This document shows positions 49,980-62,798 of a DNA stretch of 64,000 nucleotides, one piece after another (the first letter of the stretch is position 1; every line of letters begins with the position of its first letter). The notes beneath the pieces are model-generated. The model had not been told where the DNA came from. It made no database searches and saw nothing but the letters and a program-made list of their open reading frames with translations. Origin of the DNA: Octopus sinensis. Taxonomy: Eukaryota. The translations under genes were made by a program, and so were the position numbers. Where the stretch lies: assembly GCF_006345805.1 (NCBI RefSeq), contig NC_043020.1, forward strand, positions 1,054,001-1,118,000, read 5' to 3'.

Positions 49980-50357
49980 CGCAATGGCCCAGTGGTTAGG
50001 GCAGCAGACTAGCGGTCGTAGGATCGCGGTTTCGATTCCCAGACCGGTCGTTGTGAGTGTTTATTGAGCGAAAACACCTAAAAGCTCCACGAGGCTCCGG
50101 CAGGGGATGGTGGTAATCCCTGCTGTACTCTTTCACCACAACTTTCTCTCACACTTACTTCCTGTTTCTGTTGTACCTGTATTTCAAAGGGCCGGCCTTG
50201 TCACTCTCTGTGTCACGCTGAATATCCCCGAGAACTACGTTAAGGTTACACGTGTCTGTGGAGTGCTCAGCCACTTACACGTTAATTTCACGAGCAGGCT
50301 GTTCCGTTGATTCGGATCAACCGGAACCCTCGTCGTCGTAACCGACGGAGTGCTTCC
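49980..50357 (+). mobile_element. tRNA-derived SINE family D
   Basis: A box TGGCCCAGTGG, B box GTTTCGATTCC; 11-bp TSD ATTCGTAGTTC (49969-49979, 50358-50368). Confidence 0.93.
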
Positions 50358-50893
50358 ATTCGTAGTTCAATATAATCAATCTTACGTTATGACGCAATAA
50401 TTTCTGTAATTATTGATTAATTGTCATGCGCTATTTAAAGTTTCCTCCATAGCATATGTTGAAGGTGACTTTTCAGAACTTCTCCAAAAACTATTCTGAT
50501 CGAAGCCGAAATTCTCTGCGCACCAAGTTGGACCCGCCTTCATGAATATATTTACATAACGGAAACAAATGAGCACCAAGAATCGAACGTGTGAGCATGA
50601 GTTATTTTGTGTAGAGGCAATGATTGGCTGTTTTGAGAATTTTAAAAGCCGGAAGAAATGCCTCTGAGCATTTCGTCCAGGGTGCTGAGAATTCTGGCAG
50701 CTTGCAGTCTATGTTGCAGCTTAACGATTATCGCAGCTTATCGTTAATTGCAGCTTACCGTTTTTTAATTAAAGGCAAATTATGTGATTATAGGTATATT
50801 ATGCTCGTCCAAAAATTTAAAATATACAATGGGATTCTCACGGCTGAAATGCTTTTTTGATTCGATTTGATGGACTTCCTAGTTAAATAATTA

Positions 50894-51458
50894 TTGGGTT
50901 GTCCGGAAAGTTTGTGCCAATTCATAGTAGCTTACCTTTCGACTTATTTTAGAATATGGTTGAGTCCATGAAATAGGGTTTGACTACACCTCCATTTAGA
51001 GCACAGTTTAAGCTATCTTTTCGTGGAAGAAGGTTTATGTTCCTTTAACCTGTGTTTATTATGTAACCCTTTAAAGCGGAAGCTAAGAAAGTTCATTTTC
51101 GCACTTGATGCGTTGGGGACCAGACAAAAATTGCTGCAGCTCGACTGGGATGTGTTACCCCACCCTCCATATTCACCAGATATTGCTTCTTCGGATTTCT
51201 ACTTATTCAGGTCTCTGCAGAATAGTCTTAATGGTAAAACTTTCAATTCCTTGGATGACGTAAAAAGATACCTTGATGAATTCTTTGCCATGAAACCACC
51301 TCAATTCTGGGAATAGGGTATTTTCAAATTAAAGGAACGATGGAGACGCATTGTGCAACAAAATGGTTCATATTTGGTTGATTAAAAATGTAATGGCAAG
51401 TATTTATTGACCTTTTTCTTTCCTTTAAAAATCGGCTCGAAATTTCCGGACAACCCAA
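50894..51458 (+). mobile_element. Mariner family M1, complete 565-bp deletion derivative
   Basis: Both TIRs with TA duplication; LPHPPYSPDIASSDFYLF; lacks the SINE present in the 7038 copy. Confidence 0.95.
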
Positions 51459-52158
51459 TACATTTAGTGATCTGGGTTCTTGGTCATACGTATTTTAATC
51501 AATAGGAATATCAATACAAGCTACCTGAGATTACATATTATATTCCACATAATTCAGTTTCTCTTCGTTGTTTAGCTTTTACATTCTGTAGTTGTATTTA
51601 TTATCTTGGTTATTAGTTTACGAAAATAGTCGCTACTCACTTGGTTGGGTTTCGTGTGATTGCTCAGCAGCAAACATTGCGACTCAAGCAGAGAACATTA
51701 CAAATAGTGGCAGGAAACAAAGTTAATTTTCACTGCGTGTTACCAATTAATGAAATATAGTTGTCGATGTCCCATTGCTTTTACATAATTCTATTTGGTA
51801 GGAAAACCTACAGAATAGGACATTTCTTGCTGTTCTGACACGAACATAAAACTGAAATAATGAGAGGAAAACGTGCTTTGTGAGCTGTTATTACTAGCGT
51901 TGGATCAGGGAAGTACAGAACATAGCTAATAGGACGAGAGAAGTAAAGGGCACGGACAAAGGCATCAGACTCTGAATCTATCATCTTGTATTATCTCGTA
52001 TATCATCTTGTTCCCAGTATATACACACACGCACGCACACTTATATATATATATATATTTAAAATGAGGGTGAGAGATTAGATATTAATTTAATTAACAT
52101 CGATTTCAAACCAGTGGTCTTGCATATAAAAAAACTGAAGGTTCAGTAAAATGTATTA

Positions 52159-52291
52159 TATACATATTAGAGGGAAACCACTATGGGGACATCCTTATGC
52201 AAGAAATAGATCCGCTATGGTCTTACCAACCATAGCGGATCTATTTCTAGCATAAGGGTTTCCACATAGTGGTTTCCCTCTAATATGTATA
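52159..52291. repeat. Palindrome, ~62-bp arms, 7-nt loop
   Basis: TACATATTAGAGGGAAACCACTATG...ATAGATCCGCTATGGT cttacca ACCATAGCGGATCTAT...CATAGTGGTTTCCCTCTAATATGTA; about 4 mismatches. Confidence 0.93.
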
Positions 52292-52335
52292 CATATATAT
52301 ATAATATACACATCCACACACCTACAAATACACAC

Positions 52336-52373
<38 letters not shown>

Positions 52374-52399
52374 TATACGACGGACTTTGTTGTTGTTCT

Positions 52400-52482
52400 A
52401 GTTGCTATTATTATTATTATCGTCAATATTATTATTATTGTAGTAATAGTAGTAGTAGTAGTAGTAGTAGTAGTAGAAGCAA

Positions 52483-52547
<65 letters not shown>

Positions 52548-52567
52548 GTAGAAGCAGCAGCAGTAGC

Positions 52568-52629
<62 letters not shown>

Positions 52630-52690
52630 CAGAAGTAGCAGCAGCAGCTGCGGCAGTCACTGCATCATCGGCAGCCGCTACAGTCATGGC
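52400..52690. repeat. (ATT)/(AGT)/(AGC) trinucleotide array
   Basis: Direct reading. Confidence 0.92.
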
Positions 52691-53099
52691 GGCAGCGCGG
52701 AATTAAGTAGGAAATAGGCAACCGGATTTCTTCGTTGATTAAAACTAATTGAGCTGATCTGAAAAAAAAGGACCTTTTTGAACGCGAAAACTGATTCAAA
52801 GTATTTGATTGGCTGGAAAATCGTTTGAGCAAATAAGGAATCGAATTAAGAAAACGAAGACAGATGTAATTAATTATAATTATGGTGTAATTTGATTCCA
52901 GAATTGTTGATTCTCTTGTTTAATGTTCGTTTTATATCACTTTGCTTGTCATATGGGATACATACATAGATACATACATACATACATACATACATATACA
53001 TATACATATATATATATATGTATATCTATATACATATATGTCTGTGTGCGTGTGTTTAGATATACATGCATATACATATATACATATATATACATAGTT

Positions 53100-53275
53100 A
53101 ATCCAAACAAGAAAACACAAAAAAAAACACAGCAACGCGAGGACGTGAAACAAATAAAGTATTATTGGACGCTCAGGAAAGAAGGGAAGAAGGAGGGTTT
53201 AACGTTTCGAGCGGAGCTCTTCGTCGGAAACATAGGAGAAGGAAAGATCCCGAGAACGGAAGACAGAGGAAAAAA
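53100..53275 (-). mobile_element. Dispersed repeat with hammerhead-like motif (Penelope pLTR-like), copy 2
   Basis: Homologous to 30170-30380; flanked by (TA)n. Confidence 0.55.
53197..53231 (-). ncRNA. Minimal type I hammerhead-like motif
   Basis: GUUU-CCGACGA-A-GAGC(UCC)GCUC-GAAAC-GUU-AAAC; U4 is C and there is one extra A. Confidence 0.45.
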
Positions 53276-53889
53276 AATATATATATATATATTTACATAT
53301 ACATATATGCATAAATACATACATGCACATATATGTGTATGTGCATATACATACATTCATACAGAGACACATATACCTACAAATTTGCGTACATACCTAC
53401 ACTCATACAAATAGACATACAAACAAACACAGATAGATTCATATTCATATATAGCTACGTAAGTATATGCATATAAGTAAGTATATTACATATAAGTAAG
53501 CATACAAACATATACATGCATACAGATGCATTCATATATACCTACGCGCATACATATATATTTAGACAGTATAGATACATAGTTACATATATGCATGCGT
53601 TCATACATACATGAACGCGTAGACATATACGTATATACTTAAAAATACACGTACAGGCATAATGAAGTAATAAGGCTAAATATCGATAGACTGTCACCGT
53701 TGTATAATGCTTGCAGAAATTCGGTTACGACTGTTATATTTCAAGCCATAATAATAGCATAATGCTACACCAAGAATGTTAATATCTATGTAAGTAATAG
53801 TTGCTTGTAGGACCACCGTATTTCGTTTGGCAATTACACTAATGCGGATCTTCCTCTTCCGAGAGAAGAGCTGCGTTCTCGACTGCATT

Positions 53890-54170
53890 AGCCCTCAGCC
53901 TCCCGCCTCATAGCCATCCCCCGCATGCGTGGTCCAACCATGTCCTCCACCTCTCACCAGATCATCTTACCAAGGCCTTAGTCTCGTTCGACGCAGCAGC
54001 TGTGGGCTGGAAGTGGCCCCATGTCAGGCCCCGCACCAGATGGGTGGAATATAATTAAGGAACATCTCCAGAGACTCGAAGTCACCTTGGAAAATGCAGA
54101 GTAGCTGGCACGGAGCCACCGACGATATGGACGAAGGCACTGGTGGAGCTGATCGAATCTACAAGCGATG
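53890..54170 (+). mobile_element. RTE-type LINE ORF C-terminal fragment
   Basis: WSNHVLHLSPDHLTKALVSFDAAAVGWKWPHVRPRTRWV resembles the RW.GHVLR...GWKRPRGRPRTRW motif. Confidence 0.75.
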
Positions 54171-54313
54171 ACCCCTCTGGGAAACGGTCATTTTTGCATG
54201 ATGTAATTGACTTGTTCATCAATAGAAAATACATCTGGAACAGCTGTAGAGAACCTCAGTACATGTGTGATTATATATACAACTAGATGTGGACACAGAC
54301 GTTAGTAGACGGT

Positions 54314-54602
54314 AGACGGAAACTGAAAGAAGCCTGTCGTATATATATACATATATATGTGTGTGTGTGTATGTATATGTATGTGTTTGTGTGTCTGTGT
54401 TTGTCCCCCCCAACATCGCTTGACAACCGGTGCTGGTGTGTTTACGTCCCCGTAACTTAGCGGTTCGGCAAAAGAAACCGATAGAATAAGTACTAGGCTT
54501 ACAAAGAATAAGTCCTGGTGTCGATTTGCTCGACTAAAGGCGGTGCTCCAGCATGGCCAGTCAAATGACTGAGACAAGTAAAAGAGTAAAAGAGTAAAAG
54601 AG
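54314..54602 (+). mobile_element. SINE family A, 5'-truncated
   Basis: From GGTAGACGGAAACTG to the (GAGTAAAA)n tail. Confidence 0.9.
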
Positions 54603-55157
54603 ATATTTCAATATTTCAATAGTTTTGGTATCCTGGTTGGAGTCATCCCCTCGCCGAGATATGAGGGCTGTTGACCTTCAAGGAGCTCATACAACTCTCG
54701 TGGGTTTTGCTGAAGACACATATATTTCTCACTTGCAAAGCCAGTAGGAAGAAGGGTTGGTTTAATCGCCACCGGTTACTCGGCCGTAAGTGGGTAGTAG
54801 TAGCGAATAACATCGGCCTCTGATGAGATTATTCTTTAACAGCCAACAACAACAAAACGACATCAATAAACGCAAAAATAACAACAAGAAAATAGCAACA
54901 AAAAGCAAGTACGAAAGCAAAGAAAGCAACATTGACAATAACAACAACAGCAGATACGAATTGAAACAACAACAATAACAAGAATAAATTTGACGAAAAC
55001 AACATAAGAACAAAAATAAAAGCACATGGACAATGATTAGAAACATTATACCATCGCTTGGTGATGAGTGAAACCGTTTTAGTTGATAAACTACATCTAA
55101 CGAAGTGAAAATATATACTTGTATACACATAAGTATATATATATATACATATGCATT

Positions 55158-55199
<42 letters not shown>

Positions 55200-55415
55200 T
55201 ACATATACATTTGTGTGTATATATATAAATATGCATATTATATATATATATATATATATACTTGTAAATATATGTGTGTATATATATACATATACATATA
55301 TATAAATATGTGTATGTATGTATTTTCATATATACACATGCATATATATATATATATATATATATGAAAAATAAATGCGTACATACATACATGCATACAT
55401 ACATACATACATACA

Positions 55416-55510
<95 letters not shown>

Positions 55511-55879
55511 TATGTATATGTTTATATGCACATATTTCTCTTCGCGCATTCTTTCAATATTCGCGAAAATGAGACGACGGAAAAATATTTTCGCTGCGTT
55601 TTCGTCGAAAGTTATTAAATGCAATTTGCTTCTATTGTGTGTCTATCTCGCAATTAAACGAAAACATTGGCTTACAAAAAAATAACATATATATATATGA
55701 TAAATAAAAATAAAATAAAATAAAAGAAATACAAAAATAACAAAAAATATATATTTATTTCAAGTAAACAAACTTTTGATTGATTCCTCACATCTTCCAG
55801 TAAGTCATCGGCAAATAAAACTGTAAAAATAAAAATAATAATAAAAAAAACTGAAATAAACCAAACCAAAGAAAATGGG

Positions 55880-55907
55880 AGGAATGAAAGAACACCATTA
55901 CTCTTAC

Positions 55908-55961
<54 letters not shown>

Positions 55962-56079
55962 CATCATCATCATCATTATTTTTATTATTATTATCATCAT
56001 CATCATTATTGTTATTATTAGTATATTATTAAATTATTACTTTATTATTATCATCATCATCATTATTATTATCATCATC

Positions 56080-56114
<35 letters not shown>

Positions 56115-56255
56115 TATTATATTATTATATTATTATTATTATTATATTATTATGATATATCATTATTCTTATTATTATTGTTATTATTATTATGATATAT
56201 CATTATTATTATTATTATCATTATATTATTATTATCATTATCATTATTATTATCA

Positions 56256-56292
<37 letters not shown>

Positions 56293-56360
56293 TATTGTTA
56301 TCATCATCATCATTATTATCATTATTATTATTATTATTGTTATTGTTATTATTATTATGA
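55880..56360. repeat. (ATT)/(ATC) array
   Basis: Direct reading. Confidence 0.95.
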
Positions 56361-56526
56361 TATTATCATATCGTACGTTGTTATGGACTTCAGAAATTAA
56401 TGAATGTTCTAACACTTACCTAAAAAGATATCATCGTACTTCATTTCTCGAGGGTTCACTGTTATTTATTATGTGTTTATATACACAGAGAGATTGATAC
56501 ATCGATACATACATATATATATATAC

Positions 56527-56557
<31 letters not shown>

Positions 56558-57019
56558 TATACATATATATATTCATGTATACATATATAAGCATATATAT
56601 ATATGTTATATAATATATATATATATATATATATATGCACATATAAATATATATATATATTTATGCATGTATGTATGTATATATATTATCTGTTTGTATA
56701 CATGTACACATATGTATTTATAAATGTATATATGTACACAACACATATTTATATATAATATATATATATATATATAAAGGTTATATATAATGTATGTATA
56801 TATACGTATATATATATATGTATTCATGTGAGTGTGCATATTTGTGTGTACATAAGGACATATATTTGTGCATATATCGTATGCATGTATATTGTGTGTG
56901 TGTGTGAGTATATATATGTATACACACACACAGTCACACACAAACCACACACATGACTGTATGAGCGCGCGCGTTTGTGTATTTATCAGTTTGTTCCGTT
57001 AAGCACCAGAAACTATTAA

Positions 57020-57700
57020 ACACCCCCCCCCCCCGCGCACACGCTCACACAAACCTCATACACAAAATATACACTCACACACACACATTCACACACATAC
57101 ATACATATACACAACCGTACGCACACAATCGCGTACACACACATATATATGGACACTATCACACACAAACACAGACACTTGCACACACGCATACACATAT
57201 ACTCACATAGACACACATACACACAGAAACGCACATACACACACACATTCACAAACACACCCGTACGCACACACAACACACACATATATGGACACGATCA
57301 CACACAAACACAGACACTGCACATCACATACACATATACTCACATAGACAGACATACACACAGAAACACACACACACACATTCACACATTCACACACACA
57401 CCCGTACGCACACACATACATACACACACATATATGGACACGATCACACACAAACACAGACACTTGCACGCACGCATACACATATACTGCACATAGATAC
57501 ACATGCACACAGAAACAAACACACACACACACATTCACACACACACCCATACGCACACACACACATACACGCACACATATATGGACACTATCACACAGAA
57601 ACACAGACACTTGCATACACGCATACACATATACTCACATAGACACACTCACACACAGAAACACACACACACACACACACAAACATACACATACGCCACG
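57020..57700. repeat. CA-rich minisatellite, ~140-147-bp period, at least 4 units
   Basis: Landmark ATATGGACAC at 57147, 57286, 57432 and 57579. Confidence 0.88.
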
Positions 57701-58059
57701 ATCTATTAATGACAGAATATCTGTATTTTCTATAACACATCATTATTTTACTTTTTGATATTGTTATAGCAATTCATGCTTTGAATGCTGTTGATTCTGT
57801 GTTGTTTTTTCAAGAGGTTTGCCTTGTTGTTTTTCAATGTATCTCTATCAGTTTCATATCGGTAGTTTCGTTCGTTTTGTTGCTGTTTATTTATGATATT
57901 CCTCATTGGCAGTATTGTGATCGTTGTTAATTTTTTTAATGACATTATCGTTATTAACTTCCTCCCCCCTACATCCCCTCCTCCTTCCCTCCGTTTCCTC
58001 CTCTTCCTCTTCCTCTTCTTCATCGTCATCTTCGTTTGCTGCAGTAGCAGCAAGCTTCA

Positions 58060-58135
58060 ATCTTATGATCAGCATCATCGTCACCGTCGTCGTCAGCGTC
58101 ATCATATTCGTCGTCACCATCATCATCATCATTAT

Positions 58136-58167
<32 letters not shown>

Positions 58168-58293
58168 ACATCATCATCAACATCATCATCATCATCATCA
58201 TCATCATCGTCATTATCATCATCACCACCACCATCATCATCATCATCATCATCATCGTCATCATCATCATCATTATCGTCGTCATCATCATCG

Positions 58294-58360
<67 letters not shown>

Positions 58361-58632
58361 TATCACCACCACTACCACCACCACCACCACCACCATCATC
58401 ATCATCTTCATTGTCACCTACAAAACCTCCACAAACGCAAACAGTAGCATCGTTTACTACTATGATATTTATTTGTTGCGATTTGAAAGAGTTACAGAAA
58501 CTAGTTCTCGCACCACCACCACCACCACCTCAACCACCTACCACCACAACATCCCCCACAATAACGTGATGATGATGATGATGATGATGGTGATGGTGAT
58601 GATGATGATGATGATGATGATGGTGATGATGG

Positions 58633-58682
<50 letters not shown>

Positions 58683-58730
58683 GTGATGATAATGATGATG
58701 ATGATGACAGTGGTGATGATGATGATTGTT
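58060..58730. repeat. Convergent (CAT)n and (GAT)n arrays
   Basis: (CAT)n at about 58060-58405, spacer, then (GAT)n at 58567-58728. Confidence 0.92.
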
Positions 58731-59118
58731 TAAAATCATTTAACAAGCGTTGACAGAATGATCCTGTGCTTATAAAACGTGCCTACGTCTACCGTCATCA
58801 CTAACGAGTCGAGCGTCTGCTGGTTCGCGTTGGTGGGTCACCGATTTCGCTTGTACGGACGTACGATTGAAACGGAACAGGAGATTCGATCTCAAGGTGG
58901 ATTCCTGAAGTCGTATCGATCGGAAGGAAAGCCTAAGGAGTAGGACGAGACCTAGATGGTTGGTCACGCTTGGGAAATTGCTTCGGATAGGGCGTAGGCG
59001 GTGATGATGATGATGATGATAATGATGATGGGAAGGAAGAGGAGGATGAGAAAGATGACAGTGCTATTGGTGGTGGTGATGATGGTGGTGGTGGTGATGA
59101 TGGTGGTGATGGTGGTGG

Positions 59119-59151
<33 letters not shown>

Positions 59152-59194
59152 CGACGATGATTATGATGATGATTATGATGATGAAGTGGAGAAG

Positions 59195-59735
59195 GAAAGA
59201 CATTTAGAAGATATTTTCTTGGTGATCTCTGACAACTATATCCGGTCAATTAGCCCAGATTTCTCTATTTGTGTGTATTAGCATATCCCTGAGGTGTGCC
59301 TATGGCATCTTTTGTTTTTCTGTAATAATTCCATAGTGTTGGCATAGCTTCCAGTGTACATAAGTCCCAACTCTGTCATACCTGTGGATATATTCCGTCT
59401 TAGCCAGGACTTTGCAGCCAGAGATGATATGATTTATTGTTTCTTCCCCCAACACCATATATTCTGCAGTTACTCGTATTTCTCTTCATTAAGTGTATTT
59501 TGGTGATTTATGGTGGGAAACCTTTGATCTCGTGCTGCAATTAAAAATCCTTCAGTTTCTACTTTCAGTCCTGAGATTCTCAGCCATTGTTGGGATTTTG
59601 CTTTGTCTATTTCTCTTCTACCATGTTTTATCTTGTCCCGTTGCTGTTCCAGTTTTAGTTTGGATTTCAGATGTTTTACAGCTTTTGTTGTTTCTTCTTT
59701 TTCTTCATAGCTGTCAGGTACTATGACTTCTTTTT
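59195..59735 (-). mobile_element. R4/Dong-like non-LTR retrotransposon fragment (CCHC and start of the restriction-like endonuclease)
   Basis: SQQWLRISGLKVETEGFLIAARDQ, CRIYGVGEETINHIISGCKVLAKTEYIHRYDRVGTYVHWKLC and AN*PDIVVRDH; degraded. Confidence 0.8.
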
Positions 59736-59749
59736 TTTCTTTTGTGTTT

Positions 59750-59942
59750 TTCAGGTCTGAAATTTGGGGGATGGGTATAGTCGATTACATCGACCCCTCA
59801 ACTGGTAGTTATTTTTATCGACCCGGAAAGGATGAAAGGCAAAGTCGACCTCGGCAGCATTTGAACCCAAAGCGTAAGGACGAACGAAATTACGGCTCAA
59901 AATTTCGCCCGGCGTGCTAACGAATGTGCCAGCTCGCCGCCT
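59750..59942 (-). mobile_element. SINE family B variant
   Basis: GGCGGCGAGCTGGCAC head; GCCTTTCATCCTTTCCGGGTCGATAAA core. Confidence 0.88.
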
Positions 59943-59943
59943 C

Positions 59944-59999
<56 letters not shown>

Positions 60000-60021
60000 T
60001 AATAATAATATAATAATAATG

Positions 60022-60066
<45 letters not shown>

Positions 60067-60100
60067 TCAATAATAATAATAATAATAATAATGAATAATG

Positions 60101-60133
<33 letters not shown>

Positions 60134-60155
60134 TAATAATAATAATAATAATAAA

Positions 60156-60707
60156 TGCCCTGATGCAGTACCAGGCAGTGGCTCTCATGGCTTCTGATCT
60201 TAACTGATTGGAAGTGTTATCATGTACATTGTTTTGTCTTGTATATAAAAGATGGGCTACAGCAAATATTCTGCTCAATACAAAGATTTGCTTGTCAGTT
60301 GTTTGCCCTAACCAGTTGAGCATGTCCCTTAGTGGCTGACGATATGTGCATCTCTGATCACGAGCAGAAGTAGTGGGGGAGCATCATGGCCATGTGTTGA
60401 GAGGGATTCTTTGGGGTTTGAATAATTCACCTCTGGAAACATAGGTGTTTCGTTCAACATCCTAAAGCAACCTTATTCAGGGACCTTTTTAGCGGGATGG
60501 GCTACTCAACCTGAAGAAAATTAAATGGGCCCCACCTGCAAGGTCATGTGCTGTTTATCTTGATATGAGATCACCATGTCGCGCACATATGTTGTGTGAT
60601 GCATGTGCCTGGTGTACCTTTATCAGACGGGTAGTCATGATGGGTATATTGGGCTTCGTATATTTTACCCCAGTGTCACTTTGATGGCATGAACTGCTCT
60701 CTCACTC
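60156..60707 (-). mobile_element. 552-bp non-coding element embedded in an (AAT)n array
   Basis: Complex sequence with sharp boundaries and (AAT)n on both sides; no ORF; no TIR seen; orientation inferred. Confidence 0.55.
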
Positions 60708-60799
60708 AATAATATAATAACGATAATAAAGTAATGCTGATGAGTATGATAATGATAATGATGATAATAATAATAATAATAATAATAACAATAATAATG

Positions 60800-60840
<41 letters not shown>

Positions 60841-61288
60841 AATTAATATAACTAATAATTCGGCTTAGAAAAATGCAGTAATGCAAGCGTAAATAAATGC
60901 AAATTGAACAGACAAAAATGAAGTATAAATAAATAAATAAAACAAGACTTCAATCGCGTTACATAAAGCAACGCAGATGAAAGAATCAGAGCAAACAGAG
61001 ATTTAGTTCGGAATTAATGAAGTAGACAAAGTACAAGACATACAAAACAGAAATGAAAGGGATATTAGAGAGAGAGAGCTATTTGATGAACACCGAAAGC
61101 ACAGCAGTGCTGTGCTAAATGCTAAGAATAAGTTAATAGGTATTAATATCGTGGCTGAGTTTATTTCCCCCCCCCCCGCTCCGCCTCCCTTGTAATTTAT
61201 AGTTTCTAATGTTCTCAACTGTATGTTTAAGTGAATAAGCAAGACTGTACAGAAATGTAAATACTACTACTACTACTACTACTACTAC

Positions 61289-61322
<34 letters not shown>

Positions 61323-62030
61323 GATAATAATAATAATAATAATAATAATACTGATAATAATAATAATAATAATTATGATAATAAGGATATGTATATATAT
61401 ATGTAAGTATGTACATACACACCCGCATATATATACATATATATATATGTATATATATATGTATATATATATGTGCAAATATATATATATGTATATATAT
61501 ATGTATATATGTATATATATATATACATACATATATATATGTATATATGTATATATATATACATATATATATGCATATATATATGTATATATGTATATAT
61601 ATATATTTATACATATATACATATATATATGCATATATATATATGTATACATGTATGTATATATATATAAATATCAAAACAAGACTTCGAATAGGCCAGC
61701 CAAAAGCCAAGACACACAAAACATATTACGGTTTTCTGCTATCAAGGTAGGACGGTGTTGGGAACGGGAACTAATAGAAATCTTCGCAAGTTGGAAACTG
61801 CGTACGATGAAATATCTAATAAATAATAAAGGGGAACTGAATACATGTAAGTGAAAAACACGAAGAAGAAAAGAACAAAAATAATGTTTTTACTGTCTTC
61901 GAGGAAGCTAATAAATATTAAACCGAGACTAATGTAATTCATAAATGTATATAATATAGCAGTAATTTCACAGACGGCTGGGAGTCGAAAAGAAAAACAA
62001 TAGATGTTTTGTAATAACTAAATATTGAAG

Positions 62031-62409
62031 CACTCCGTCGGTTACGACGACGAGGGTTCCGGTTGATCCGAATCAACGGAACAGCCTGCTCGTGAAATTA
62101 ACGTGTAAGTGGCTGAGCACTCCACAGACACGTGTAACCTTAACGTAGTTCTCGGGGATATTCAGTGTGACACAGAGAGTGACAAGACCGGCCCTTTGAA
62201 ATACAGGTACAACAGAAACAGGAAGTAAGAGTGAGAGAAAGTTGTGGTGAAAGAGTACAGTAGGGATCACCACCATCCCCTGCCGGAGCCTCGTGGAGCT
62301 TTAGGTGTTTTCGCTCAATAAACACTCACAACGCCCGGTCTGGGAATCGAAACCGCGATCCTATGACCGCGAGTCCGCTGCCCTAACCACTGGGCCATTG
62401 CGCCTCCAC
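62031..62409 (-). mobile_element. SINE family D, full length
   Basis: TSD TAATAACTAAATATTGAAG (62012-62030, 62410-62428); about 10 differences from the 49980 copy. Confidence 0.94.
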
Positions 62410-62731
62410 TAATAACTAAATATTGAAGGTGAGTATGTATGGTTTTGCAGTACATGTAGCTTTTTCTTTATACGATTCGTTCATCGCTGATCCGGGATAA
62501 TACGGTACGTTCAAATTATTGCGAAGTACGTTACGTTTATAAGCGATAGATCCGTGATAACATGAACCGGCAATCTGTCCGGGATTCTGTTTCTCACGCA
62601 TCGAGTTCGAGCGCCCACCCAAAATGCTCAGCCACTCAGAGTCTCTCCGGATGGTTGTATGTATTTACATGACCGAAATGCGAGACAGCGGATTAAAACG
62701 TTTTTTTTTTCATTCGGATATATGTAGTCGT

Positions 62732-62798
62732 GTGGAGGCGCAATGGCCCAGTGGTTAAGGCAGCGGACTCGCGGTCGGAGAGCGAAAACACCTAAAAG
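62732..62798 (+). mobile_element. SINE family D head, internally deleted
   Basis: GTGGAGGCGCAATGGCCCAGTGG joined to GAGCGAAAACACCTAAAAG. Confidence 0.8.

Noticed and set aside
49980-50060. tRNA genes (here and at other SINE heads)
   Set aside because: A/B boxes are present but there is no complete cloverleaf, and each continues into a SINE body with tail or TSD.
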